Origin: Octopus bimaculoides
Taxonomy: Eukaryota
Direction of reading: 5' to 3'
Length of the DNA stretch: 63,304 bases
Assembly (NCBI RefSeq): GCF_001194135.2
Contig: NC_068985.1
Coordinates: forward strand, 34,225,747-34,289,050
Shown here: in pieces, positions 27,046 to 39,913 of the stretch
How positions within the stretch are numbered: the first letter of the stretch is position 1
Layout: each line of letters starts with the position of its first letter
Notes under the pieces: model-generated
The model's database searches: none
What the model saw: only the letters and a program-made list of their open reading frames with translations
Told to the model about the DNA's origin: nothing
Program-made: the position numbers and the translations under genes

Positions 27046-27258
27046 AGGTGGTGAGCTCGCAGAATTTTTAGCACTCCGGACAAACTGCTCAGCGGCCTTT
27101 TTTCCGGCTTTACGTTCTGAGTTTAATTTCCTCCGAGGTCAACTCTGCTTTTCATCCTTACGGGGTCGATAAAATAAGTACCAGTCAAGTACTGGGATCG
27201 CTGTGATTAACTAACCTCCTCCCCTCTAAATTCCAAGCCTCCTGTTTGCATTAAAAGA
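27046..27258 (+). mobile_element. SINE family B
   Basis: ggtggtgagctcgcagaa...ttttcatccttacggggtcgataaaataagtaccag, preceded by (ATT)n. Confidence 0.85.
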
Positions 27259-28591
27259 ATTATTATTGTTGCAGTTGTTGATTATTTATGGTTTTAAATA
27301 TTAACTGCGTTTTTTTTATTACATCAAAAACATCTAATGATAACACATCCTTACCGAGACTAACAATATTATTTTATCGAACATTTCCGTATCTGTTCCT
27401 GTAAGTAACTCGTTTATCTATTTATAGAAGCGACTGTGCATTATTCTAATTGAAATGATGAACAAAATCCTAAACACTATAACGTCTTTGAATAAATGAT
27501 TAAATCAGTGTAACTTAGATGTTGCGTAAATTCTTTAGATTTTCAGCACGCTTCTGTTCAATATTATAGTTATTCAGCTTTTCTATGCCAATTATTAAGA
27601 CTATCTTCACTTTTATCGTAAAACATTGTTAAGCTATTATTCTATCTTGTAGTCAAGTTATGTGCTAACACATGTTGAGGTTCATACGAGTACCACAAAG
27701 TCGAAACTTGGCTACCAATGATATATAGAGCAGTTTTACTATGTTACTATGTTTCTAAGTTAGGTGGAAACTAATGTTAGACAGTGTGGCATATTGTTTC
27801 TTAGAATAGATCATAAAGGTAATATTTGTAATCTACAATGTAGGAATGTAGAAAATATTCACCTTAATGTGCATTGCAGCAATTGAGCTCTTTTCATGTA
27901 TGGCAATTCAGATAAGTTTTTAATTGATTTGTGAGCTGTTCTGTTCATGGAAGTATTTGTCTTGTACAGGCATTTTTATAGTTGTTGGCTTTTTAAGCCT
28001 CAAGTCAGCATTAATCGAGTAGATCTATGACTGAATGGGTTCCGGTAACGACGACCCTGACTTTAGAACGTCAAATGACCGTACACACAAAGGATCCTAT
28101 GTTGGTTCGGAGGTTGTCATATATGTGTTTTAGTATCTTTATTTTTCTGCCGACTTAGTTTGAGGTTTTAATTTTCTGCAACCTAAATCAATTTCTTGTG
28201 TGAATTTTGCAGCTGTCGTCTTATCGAATTATTACTTTTATTACAATCATACCCAACAAATGTATGCAACACAATTTGTTAGCAGTTGGAACGGTAGTGA
28301 GTAATATTAATAATTGCATTCTTAAAATGTTATCTGACACTCAGTAGACCACCTACCTGGAATGAATAGTTGTCTGATATCATACATGTTGTATAATATA
28401 TAATACATTATTTTAAAAGAAAAGATTTAACAGAACAGTGAATCGACTTATAATATCTAGGTCTGTTAGGGTCTAGCCTAATACTTCAAAACTATATGCT
28501 ATGATTGGTACTGCAATTGTCTGAGAGGCACAGATGATATTTTTGGATTATTATTAATTGTTTCTGTTGGCCTTGTACAAGAATTTGAAAC

Positions 28592-28665
<74 letters not shown>

Positions 28666-29745
28666 CTTCGTAACACAGTGTAGGTAAAAATGCATCGGAG
28701 TCTTTAGTCATCTGTCAAGTCACATCAAGGACCTCAGACAGATAATACTTTCCTTAAGATGTGCGCTGTGCCCAATAAGGCTGCTTTTTGCAAGACACCA
28801 ATCTTGCATGGGATTTCCAGTTGCCTTAAGAAGTTTTGAAGTTTCAATGGGATTGAGCCCAGCGCTGTGATCACCACTGGTATCATTTTTACATTACCCT
28901 CTCGCATTCCATATAGTCTTGCCATTTCCACTTTCAATTCGGAGTACTTGGTGATTTTTTCAACCTCCTTACTCACAAAATTCATGTCATTTGGTATGGC
29001 TACATCAATGATCTGACAGTATTTGTCTCTCTTATTCAATATGACAATATCCGGCCGACAGTGTTCGATTATACGATCCGTCTGAAAATCATAGTCGCAG
29101 AGAATCGTTACTTTTCCATCCTCCTGCATAACTTTGNNNNNNNNNNNNNNNNNNNNNNNNNNNNNNNNNNNNNNNNNNNNNNNNNNNNNNNNNNNNNNNN
29201 NNNNNNNNNNNNNNNNNNNNNNNNNNNNNNNNNNNNNNNNNNNNNNNNNNNNNNNNNNNNNNNNNNNNNNNNNNNNNNNNNNNNNNNNNNNNNNNNNNNN
29301 NNNNNNNNNNNNNNNNNNNNNNNNNNNNNNNNNNNNNNNNNNNNNNNNNNNNNNNNNNNNAGCGAGAGCCTTGTCTTGTGCAGCAATGATCAGGCTTTCG
29401 GTGGTACGCTTCAAATCACCTCGCTCAAGCCATGCCCACGATGCTGTATTATCCTTAACGTCTTGTGTATTCCTTTCAAACTGTCCGTGCATTCTCATTT
29501 CAAGGTCTTCTTTTCTCTTCTCCTCAGCTCTTTGGTTAAACTCTGCTTTGCCCACAATGTCATCTGCATTTACACCCATATCTTTCGCGGCATATTGCAG
29601 CAGGTATTCATCACTATTTATCTAATACTCGGCAAGCGTTCTCTTTTCACTCCTTATACAATGGTCTATACTAATTAGTCCTCTGCCACCATTCTTTCTT
29701 TTCATATACAGTCTGTTTCCGCTGACAGTCAAGCCTGACTCCTTC
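28666..29745 (-). mobile_element. R4/Dong LINE, 3' fragment with restriction-like endonuclease
   Basis: ORF 28734-29579: GDLKRTTESLIIAAQD...RPDIV...IIDVAIPND...LQKAALLGTAHILRKVL; the 3' end abuts (TAA)n at 28593-28665. Confidence 0.9.
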
Positions 29746-29809
29746 GCCAAACCAATAGGAGAAGAGTTGGAAAAGACAAGTATCTGGCGCCGTTAAATAA
29801 CCAATGCTC

Positions 29810-32800
29810 CGGGTAGGCTGTACTCGTTAGCCTTGGATGGCAAGCAGCCTAGGAGAAGGAGCACTCGGAGTTCAAAACCAAGGAAGCAAGACCCCCTGCT
29901 ACCTTGACGGATTATCTTGATAGAGATGGTGTCTCGATAAAAATGCCGGTTGGCAGCAACCTAAAAAACACACCTCATTTGTGAGTGAAAATGCCAAGCA
30001 AAATAGATGACGATAACGGTGTGAAAGGGAGTGGAATCAATGGTGAAGGTGCTGCATCCGCCAGGTGCCCCACTGTACAGCAGGGTGGGCTCGGTCGTAA
30101 TTCAGCAACTGCTAACCACGCTACAAGACATAAGTAGAGCAAACAAGTAAACTTGATGGTTATAGAGTGTTACTATCGGAGCATCCCAGTGGATGCGAAT
30201 GGCGTGCCTGTCAGAGGGTACAGAAAACGAATGAACAGTGAATGAAATGCAATGGAACTGTTTGGATTTATAGAACAGAAATTATGTAACCAAGCAAGAG
30301 CAGCACAAAAGAATAGATGGTTAACAGAATTGGAGCTTGAAGTTATTAAAAGAAGGATATCAGGTGATACTGGGCATGTCAGAAACGGGTGTTATAGTGG
30401 AAGAGATGGACAATTGTTCACAAGAACATAATACCGTGAATTGTGAAAGAATTATGATCAATGACCACTCAAACAAGGAAGATCAATTAATAATAGACAA
30501 AATTTTGGATCGGTTAAATACAGAAGGGACAGAATTTATGTTCGACTTTAAGAAGGCTAACCAATGGAGACTAAATCAAGAGACGAGTAAAGTCAATAAT
30601 GTATTGAGACACACTGAAACAAAGAACACCACACAAACAAATAATCTTATCAAGGCTGTTAGTTGGATTGTGGCGGAAAGGATGGGATTGAGAACTACTG
30701 AGAACAGAACACCGACGGATAGAAGAGGAAATAACCATGGTGGAAAAGGAGAATTTCTGAAGAGATAAACTCCTTGAACAGTGTAGTTTCAATACTTGTC
30801 AGGAAAAGAAATGGAGAACTTAAGAATAAATGGAAATTCGAAAAAGGTTTGGAAGAAGTATGGTGTAGATACAAAAGGCCTGAATATTGTATTTGAAGAA
30901 CTGGAGCAGCGCATACATGCAAAAAAGCAAAGCTAACTCGGTTTGAACAACGGATTAAGCAATATCGGTAAAACAAATTGTTTAGAAGCGATCAAAAAAG
31001 ATTTTACCAAGAGATTAATGATGATAAAAGACGTGAAAGATTAGTCTCTGATGCTGATGAAAGTCAACTTTTCTGGGGTAAGATATGGAGTAAGCAAGAA
31101 CAACGTAATACTACAACAGAATGGCTCTGTAGCCTGAAGCAAACTGCTTTTTATCCTCAGCAAGAGGCTATTCACTTCACAGAAGACAGTATCAGAAATA
31201 TGAGTAAAAAGATAAGCAATTGGGAAGCAACAGGGCCTGATGTTGTACAGGGATTTGGGATAAAAAAAAGTTCAGTAGTTGCCATAAATTAATCGTAGAG
31301 CAATTTAATGCATTGATGAAAGAAGAAGAAATCCCAGGCTGGTTGACAAAAGGACGAACGGTTTTGTGCTTGAAAGTTGCATCAAAAGGAAATGCTGCTG
31401 ACAATTACAGACCGATTTTCTGTCTCTCATTAATGTGGAAGTTATTGTCAGTAGGAATTGCTGAAGAACTGTATAAATTTCTTGATGAGAACGATATATT
31501 ACCGACGGAACAAAAAAGGCTGTAGAAGGAGATGCAGAGGTACCAAAGATCAATAATTGATAGACAAAATAGTAATGCAAGATTGTAAACGAAGGAGAAC
31601 AAATCTGAGAATGGCCTGGATTGACTATCGCAAAGCTTATGATATGATTCCACATTATAGATCTGTTTGGAATTGCAAGGAATGTAATGTGTTTCATGAA
31701 GAGAAGTATAGTGCGATGGAAAACTGAACTGACATCTTACAGAAAAGTTTGGGCACTCCGGGTATCAGAAGAGGAATTTTCCAGGGTGATAGCCTATCTC
31801 TGCTGCTTTTTGTTCTTTGCATGATACCCCTGACCTTCGTACTTAGGAAAATGAACCTGGAGCACCAACTAAAGGGGAAACCCCAAACATTCAGCCACCT
31901 CCTCTTCATGGATGATTTGAAACTATATGGCAAAGATGAGACCCAAGTGAGTTCCTTGGTGAACACGGTCAACTATTTCAGTACTGATATTAGAATGGAA
32001 TTTAGACTCAAGAAATGCGGAATAATCTACCTAAAAAGAGGCAAGGTACAGTCCCTAGCAGGGATAGAATTACCGAATAGAGACTTGATTAAACAAATTG
32101 TCACGGAAGGATACAAATACCTTGGTGTACTGGAGTTCAACGAGATAATGGAAAAGGAAATGAAAGAGCAATTGAAGATGGAGCATTTCCAAAGACTGAG
32201 ATTGGTGTTGCGTTCAAAATTGACCTGATGGAATAAAATCCAAGCAGTTAATACGTGGGTGATAGCATCACTTCGGTTTGGAGCGGGAATTATAAAATGG
32301 CAAAAGAGAGAAGTGAAGAGAATGAATACAAAAACCAGAAAAACGTTGACAGTACACGGAGCCTTCCACCCTAAAAGTGACACCGATAGGCTGTACTTGT
32401 CCAGAAGAAAGGGAGGGAGAGGTCTGATAGCACGACCGATAGCGACAAATGCAGAATGTGTGGTTAGAGGGGTGAAACAGTATGGCACATCATTTGCGAA
32501 TGCCCGAAATTGGCACAACGCGAATACAAAAGATGCCATGACAATGTGGCAAGAATGATCAGTTGGGATCTCTGTGGAACTCACGGCCTACAAAGAGCAA
32601 AGGCGTGGTATGAGCAATCTCCAGAAGGAGACACCGAAAATGAGAATTGCAAAACCCTGTGGGATGCAATGATCCAGTGCGATCACCTGACCAGTCATCG
32701 GAAACGGGACATTGTTGAAGAGAAAAAAAAAAAGAACATGTATGATAATCGACATAGCATGTCCCAGTGACAACAGTATCAACGTGAAAGAAGAAAAATA

Positions 32801-33086
32801 AACAGCTATGACGATTTAAAGTGGGAAATACGAAGGTTGTGGTCAGTGAAGAGAGTAGACGAGATACCAGTAATAATTGGTGCGTTTGGAAGTACCAGCA
32901 TGGCTGAAAAGATTGGCTCAAGTGTGAAGGTAGAACACCTACAAAAATCAGCATTGCTTGGAACTGCAGAAATTCTTCGCAGGGTTCTTGAAGTATGACC
33001 AGTAAAACAATTGTCACCTTAGTCTGGTGGCTGTGGACAGCTGACACTTTCCATCATATCCAGCAAAATAAGCTGAGAGTTTTCAT
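29810..33086 (+). mobile_element. R4/Dong LINE, near full-length but frameshifted (RT and RLE)
   Basis: [35 protein letters not shown] (MDD 31908-31916), GYKYLG, GGRGL, LQKSALLGTAEILR; ends in taataataat. Confidence 0.9.
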
Positions 33087-33098
33087 ATAATAATAATA

Positions 33099-33311
33099 AT
33101 GGCTTCAAATTTTGCCACAAGGGCAGCAATTTTGAGGGAGGGGAGGAGTCGATTACATCAACCCCAGTGTTCAACTGGTACTTATTTTATCGACCCCGAA
33201 AGAATGAAAGACATAGTCAATCTAGGTGGAATTTCAACTCAGAACGTAAAAACGGGCGAAATGCCGTTAAGCTTTTTGCCCGGCATGCTAACGATTTTGC
33301 CAGCTCGCCGC
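33099..33311 (-). mobile_element. SINE family B nested in the (TAA)n tail of the Dong copy
   Basis: Minus strand ggcggcgagctggcaaaatcgttagc...tttgaagccattattatt. Confidence 0.85.
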
Positions 33312-33312
33312 C

Positions 33313-33333
33313 TTACTACTACTACTACTGCTG

Positions 33334-33374
<41 letters not shown>

Positions 33375-33390
33375 GCTACTGCTGCTGCTG

Positions 33391-33438
<48 letters not shown>

Positions 33439-33448
33439 ATAATAATAA
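33313..33448. repeat. (ACT/GCT)n(AAT)n microsatellite
   Basis: Direct read. Confidence 0.95.
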
Positions 33449-33479
33449 TGTGAAAATGGACTAATTATGTGAAGTGCAG

Positions 33480-33982
33480 AATCGACAACACTACCGACAG
33501 CGACAAATGCATTATGTCAAAGGCGAATATCCGAAGTTGGCACAACGCAAATACAAAACACGACATGACAATGTGGCAAGAATGGTTCATTGGGAGCTCT
33601 GCAGAAATCATGAATATGTATGATAATCGACATAGCATGTCCCGGTGACAACAGGATCAAAGAGAAAGAAGAAAAATTGAACAACTACGACGATTTGAAG
33701 TAGGAAACACGAAGGCTGTGGTCAATGTGAAGAGTAGGCGTAATAACAATAGCAACTGGCGCACTTGGAAGTATTAGCATTCAACTACCAACACGGCTCA
33801 AAAAGATTGGTACAAATGTAGAAATAGAACTCGTACAAAAATCAGCATTGCTTGGAACTGCAAGATTTCTTCGCGGGGTTCTTGAAGCATCACCAATAAG
33901 CAAGTATCACCTTAGTCTGCTGGCTGTGGACAGCTGACACTTTCCACCATACCCCGCAAAATAAGCTTAGGGTTCTCATCAA
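33480..33982 (+). mobile_element. R4/Dong 3' fragment
   Basis: Closely parallels 32430-33086 (aaatcagcattgcttggaactgca...caccttagtctg.tggctgtggacagctgacactttcca); ends in (AAT)n. Confidence 0.85.
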
Positions 33983-34984
33983 ATAATAATAATAATAATG
34001 AAAATCCAGGGCTTTAAACGTGTTAAAAATTTCCTTGTAAAGTTTGACCGAAATATGTCATTAACTATACCAGTTTCCGTCTGGAAAGTAACTAATTTAC
34101 AAATGCATAGGATCCGAGAGCTGGAAAATAGACCAAGTGAGACAGCAGCAAATAGAAAAATGCCTGAAACTAATCGGAGTGAGGGTGGGGGAAAACGTAC
34201 GTCACCAGAGTGTGTGTGTATGTGAGTGGGGGGGGGGGTAAACTCGGCTCGATAGAGGTGAGATTTTCAACGGAAGATGATACCAGGAAGCACTCCCAAA
34301 GAAGAATGGCGAACTAGTCCTCATACTAATCTACCTTGGGCGAAGTGTAGTAAGAAAAAAGGTAGCCGGTGTGTCCTCAGAACTAAACAATCGTTGGTTG
34401 GTGGTGGCTGTTCTCTTAGATGTAGGCAAGAGAAATGTGTTGCAGTTCCAGAATCTGCAGAAAAAAATGGAGGGGTCAATGATGGAACTATTGGTCTAAA
34501 CAGACCAAGAAGGTAAGTAAGTCAGCTCAATCCTGCTGAATCTGCTGACAACTGTTCGCGGCCGCTGAGAGCAGAAAGCCAAGGTGTCACATGTATGGTA
34601 ACACAAACCATTTCAAGGTTTTCTGTACACAGAAAAAGAGAGGAAAAGAAAAAAATAATTCTGTCGACGTCATAACTACCAAAGCAACAACATTAACAAC
34701 AAAAGCAGCAGCAGTACCAGCGGTACACAAACGCAACACCAGCAACAATGGAAGCAACCGCAACAGTGAGATAGGCAGCTGCTGCTGCAGCAGTAGAAGC
34801 AGCAGCAATAGAAGCAGCAGCAATAACAATAGAAACAAGAGCACCGACAACAAAAGCAGCAGCAACTAAAAGAAGAAACGAAACGCTGCCCTCAAAGGTC
34901 ACCACATAATCACCAACAGCTGCTGAAAGTCCACAAACAACAGTAGAACAAAAAATACAATGACCCACATCCTATGAAATGTCC

Positions 34985-35342
34985 TTTAGTAGAAAGTGGG
35001 TTATACATCTTTAGATTGTATACCTGACTTCCTACTATAAAATTATAGAATATAACGGAACGCTGAACTCCAGACTATCAACTTAAACAACACTTTATTT
35101 AGGTGGTAAATATATACATCTTTAGTTCTTGTTGTTACAGCTTCTGTGTGTATGAGCATAGTTGTTGGGACGTTGTTCTGTGAGTGAGCTGTCGAGCGTA
35201 AGTCCGAAAGATGTAGAGACAGCTTTAGCACACGTCCATGCTCATGGTCGGCCGACCGTAAAAGAGAAAGATTAAAGCGGGAAAGTTTGGTTGTTTAATT
35301 CTACGCATGCGTGAGACTACGCATGCGCACGGCGTTACTACA
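34985..35342 (-). repeat. 3' LTR (TGTAGTAA...CTACTAAA)
   Basis: Direct repeat of 36564-36927; AATAAA at 35094-35099 minus; two CGCATGCG palindromes in U3. Confidence 0.88.
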
Positions 35343-36530
35343 GAGCTCCCTTGCCAGTGCGGAAACGCACGATAAATGAAATCTGTTAGAACGCCTGAGG
35401 CAGGATGGCCACTGAAAACCACCCACAAGATGTGGTACAAACACACACACAAAGAAAATTCAAAGAAATGAAATGTACACTTGTGAAATACATGCATGCA
35501 ACGTATAANNNNNNNNNNNNNNNNNNNNNNNNNNNNNNNNNNNNNNNNNNNNNNNNNNNNNNNNNNNNNNNNNNNNNNNNNNNNNNNNNNNNNNNNNNNN
35601 NNNNNNNNNNNNNNNNNNNNNNNNNNNNNNNNNNNNNNNNNNNNNNNNNNNNNNNNNNNNNNNNNNNNNNNNNNNNNNNNNNNNNNNNNNNNNNNNNNNN
35701 NNNNNNNNNNNNNNNNNNNNNNNNNNNNNNNNNNNNNNNNNNNNNNNNNNNNNNNNNNNNNNNNNNNNNNNNNNNNNNNNNNNNNNNNNNNNNNNNNNNN
35801 NNNNNNNNNNNNNNNNNNNNNNNNNNNNNNNNNNNNNNNNNNNNNNNNNNNNNNNNNNNNNNNNNNNNNNNNNNNNNNNNNNNNNNNNNNNNNNNNNNNN
35901 NNNNNNNNNNNNNNNNNNNNNNNNNNNNNNNNNNNNNNNNNNNNNNNNNNNNNNNNNNNNNNNNNNNNNNNNNNNNNNNNNNNNNNNNNNNNNNNNNNNN
36001 NNNNNNNNNNNNNNNNNNNNNNNNNNNNNNNNNNNNNNNNNNNNNNNNNNNNNNNNNNNNNNNNNNNNNNNNNNNNNNNNNNNNNNNNNNNNNNNNNNNN
36101 NNNNNNNNNNNNNNNNNNNNNNNNNNNNNNNNNNNNNNNNNNNNNNNNNNNNNNNNNNNNNNNNNNNNNNNNNNNNNNNNNNNNNNNNNNNNNNNNAATA
36201 ACAAGAGTTATTGTGTGGCATAAAAGATGTATGTGTAACGTGAGAGTGTGAATGCGACATATAAGAACATAAAAAGCAGGCCGTAATTCCTGTCTGTTTT
36301 TCGTGAGTGGAAAAAAATCCACTCTAACAGAGGCGAGAATAAAAACCGCTCTTGTTGAGTCGTGTTGACTATGGTTGGAGATATTGGTAATCCGTAGTTC
36401 AGTCTCCATGGCCGTATTTGTTCTTTAGTCGAGGTTCACCAGTTATAAGTTGGTAGTCCAGAGTCCATGCTGCGTTTTTTCTTCGTCGGGCTCACCACTT
36501 TAGTGGAAAGTGGGTTATTTCAGCTCAGCG

Positions 36531-36562
36531 GGCTGCGTGTTCGAATCACGTCGGGGTCACCA
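36531..36562 (-). other. Extended primer-binding site complementary to the 3' 32 nt of mature tRNA-Trp(CCA)
   Basis: The plus strand GGCTGCGTGTTCGAATCACGTCGGGGTCACCA matches the recalled metazoan tRNA-Trp 3' end including the CCA tail. Confidence 0.85.
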
Positions 36563-36563
36563 C

Positions 36564-36927
36564 TTTAGTAGAAAGTGGGTTATACAACTTTAGATTGTAT
36601 ACCTGACTTCCTACTATAAAATTATAGAATATAACGGAACGCTGAACTCCAGACTATCAACTTAAACAACACTTTATTTAGGTGGTAAATATGTACATCT
36701 TTAGTTCTTGTTGTTACAGCTTCTGTGTGTATGAGCATAGTTGTTGGGACGTTGTTCTGTAGTTGTGAGCGAGCTGTCGAGCGTAAGTCCGAAAGATGTA
36801 GAGACAGCTTTAGCACACGTCCATGCTCATGGTCGGCCGACCGTAAAAGAGAAAGATTAAAGCGGGAAAGTTTGGTTGTTTAATTCTACGCATGCGTGAG
36901 ACTACGCATGCGCACGGCATTACTACA
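36564..36927 (-). repeat. 5' LTR
   Basis: Direct repeat of 34985-35342, followed after 1 nt by the PBS. Confidence 0.88.
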
Positions 36928-37599
36928 GTCCCTTCCAGCTACAGACCACTTATGTGGATAAGGTGATAGGGAAAAAACCGAACGGTGAAAATAAACAAGA
37001 AAAGAAAAATGAAAAAAAAACATGAAAAAAACAAGAGCAAAGAAAAGAAAAGAAGAAGAGCTGGGAGGATCAAACGGACGGAAGAAACATGACACACAAA
37101 CACCACAAATATAGCCAACAGCAATAATAACATCATCACCATTAGCTTCACCATAGTCACAACCATTACAATTACAACCAACATTCAGTGACAGAATCCG
37201 CTTCCAAAATAACAGCGAGAACAACAATTCCATAGAAACATAAATATATAACTACACAAATATAAAGAACAAAAAATTAAACATATACATTAATACACAA
37301 ACATTACTCAAACCGATTTCATCACATCAACGAATAGCATACCAACATAAATAAAAGTCGTCAAACAACACAAAACTCACGCTACGTTTTAGAAAACAAA
37401 TATGCTAACAGAGTACGAGATTTCAGAGAAAAGGCTAACAAAAGACTATTCCAAGAACTACTTATGGAAACATTAAAAGGACGGAACATCTGTCTCCAGC
37501 TACAGAATCAATGTAAGCAGGTCTTTTTCACTTTCCTCCTTCTGTCGAACGTGACCTTACTTAGAACACAATGTAAATGTGCGTGACCTTGGAAGCAGG

Positions 37600-38160
37600 G
37601 CCACCTGCTCAACGACCTCAGATTAAATGCTCCTTAGTGTAGTGGGGCATTGTAACGGTTTTTCAGATGCGCGATTGGACTGTGTGGTGATAGCGAATAG
37701 AAGAGGGGTGTTCAAAAACCTCACAAAGGTGCTCAGACGTTTCCAACTGTCTGAAATTTATCAACATGTAGGCAGCGTCTAACAGCGTCGTGGGACGCTG
37801 GACGGATAGGTTACATTGGGCATCGACGAAAATCAACTGGCTGGTCTGTTCCATAGGATTTTGAGCTAGGGAGAGAAAGCCCTCCGGTGTATCATGTGTA
37901 TTTCTTGAAATATCTGGTGTGATAGTCCTACTGGGACATTGTTGTTCGTGGCAAACCCTACCGGCCTGCTCGAAACGCGTGCAGAGTGACGAAACTGTTC
38001 TGCATGCACTAATATTGTCCCCAATATTGCTAAGTTATAGAGTTATGTCGAACACGTTGGGTCACATCAAGGACCGATCCAGTTATCAGCCGAGTCCATT
38101 GTGAAGATCATTTCATTGCCTTCCTTTGGCCGTGAAGAACAAGCTGTATTTATCCGTCAG
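37600..38160 (+). mobile_element. L1/Tx1 fragment, endonuclease remnant fused to ORF2 C-terminal region
   Basis: ...VLRRFQLSE resembles 24780 (LLRRYQLSE); later C..RVQSDETVLHAL is the zinc-binding CCHC remnant. Confidence 0.6.
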
Positions 38161-38819
38161 ATAAAAGTTAGTTATCTATTAGCAAGAGATTTGTTACGAT
38201 AAATAACTGTTTGAGATTTTTGGAAGGGGAAGTGGGAGGGGAATTTGAAAAGAGGATAGGACCTGCCTCTGAGTCTATCTCTTTCAATCGATCAAGAACG
38301 AAGATATCAAAGTACAAATTCTAAAAGGCTACAACACAGCTACTGCAACGAGAAATAAGCTGCAGTATCAGCAATAGCAACAACCACAACAATGGAAACA
38401 AAAACAAGAGCGAGCGGCGATATTGATATCACTGCCGCCACCGCCAACGAGAACGACAAAGTGAACTGCAGCCAACAACATGCCAAAGAGAATAATAACA
38501 ACTTATCAAACACCACCGTCACCATTACTACTTCAGCGCCGACAGTGACAACAGAAATAGCACTGCTGCAGCTACCACTTGAACAGTAGGAAATTCAGTC
38601 GTCACACTATCAAGCAAAGACATCGTCACCACCACCACCACCACCACCATACTTAGTCACCTTGCTATTACTTAAAACAGTTACTACCAAGCATGTGCAA
38701 AAGTTGGGCCATTTGCAAATGCAACAAACACCATAAAACGTTGGATTTAAGAATGGAAGATATATCACAGTCGAAAAATAATTTGGTAACTAAGGTGGGA
38801 TGAAGAGTGAATGTCGCTA

Positions 38820-39160
38820 TGGCACAACACGTTTTAGAACAAAGCAAGAGGTGCTCGGTAACCTATCCTCTTTCTGTATCGAAAACTTTCGTAAGGTCAA
38901 CGAATACGACGTAGAGGGATTTTCTTTGCTCTTGGCATTTTCTTGTAACTGTCGCAAAGTAAAGATTATATCTGTGGTTGAACATTCAGCTTTGAAGCCA
39001 GACTGTGACTCAAGTAGGATCCACTCTGCTAACTTTTGCAAGCACTTCCGGATGATTCTTGCGAAAAGTTTACTACTTATGCGAAATTCCCCATTTAGTT
39101 ATTGCACTCTCTTTTGTCACCCTTGTTTTTGTACAAAGTCATAATTTTAGTGTTACGCAG
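38820..39160 (-). mobile_element. RTE-clade LINE RT fragment
   Basis: IMTLYKNKGDKRECNN...LESQSGFKAECSTTDIIFTLRQLQE...FVDLTK.FD. Confidence 0.8.
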
Positions 39161-39755
39161 GTTGTAGGAAATTTCTTGATATTGTCACCATTGAAGGAGT
39201 AAACGGTGCAGATGTAGCAGGAAAACCTCTTTATTCTCTTTCAAGGCGTGTTGGGTGCAGGAGGAGGGATAGTATTTCACGGTGCGGGGGAGGGGGTCGT
39301 TTCCCTTCGGAGCTGGCCAGGATCCTTTGGTTTTTACTCTTGCATCCAGCTCACATATGGCCCCAAGTGTTTGTAATGTACGGCAGCGGCAATACCCTGT
39401 GACCTGGCCTTGACTGACCCTCTGAACTACGTGAGTGACCCTAAAGCTTATGCATATGGTTGTAATGTCTCTTAATACACGGCCCCGGGTAGATCGGGCC
39501 CACTACTCTTTTTAGGGTAAATCCAAATTAAAATCCCTGCTGTATTGTGGAGTCATTTATTGAGCGTTAAAGTAAACCTAAGGGAGCAACCCCCTACGGA
39601 AAATGCAGAGAAAGGGACCCTAAGGCGCATCATAACCAATATCTGATAACCCCTGCGGCTAATGGATGCTGCGAGCGTATTGACTTGACTTTCCGTCGTG
39701 GAGTATCTGTGAATAGGTGGCAAGTGTACTTGGGGCTAGGCAATTACTTCAGGAA

Positions 39756-39795
<40 letters not shown>

Positions 39796-39851
39796 TTATA
39801 TATGNNNNNNNNNNNNNNNNNNNNNNNNNNNNNNNNNNNNNNNNNNNNNNN

Positions 39852-39913
<62 letters not shown>

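Larger units (their letters stand above)
34985..36927 (-). mobile_element. Non-autonomous LTR retroelement (TRIM-like): two ~360-bp LTRs, tRNA-Trp PBS, 4-bp TSD GTCC
   Basis: LTRs at 34985-35342 and 36564-36927 differ by a few substitutions and one 6-bp indel. GTCC lies at 34981-34984 and 36928-36931. PBS adjoins the 5' LTR; a weak PPT (ggcaagggag) precedes the 3' LTR; the interior is partly N. Confidence 0.88.

Noticed and set aside
36531-36562. tRNA-Trp gene
   Set aside because: Only the 3' half is present, it includes CCA and abuts an LTR, so it is a reverse-transcribed primer copy
36400-36600. CRISPR-like repeat-spacer appearance
   Set aside because: Eukaryotic context, no cas genes, and the repeats are explained as LTR end plus tRNA-Trp PBS
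21950-38650. Poly-Q/T/S/N-like ORFs (21968, 33099, 34591, 38392 and others)
   Set aside because: Translations of decayed CAA/CAG/ACT trinucleotide tracts, with no splice or domain support
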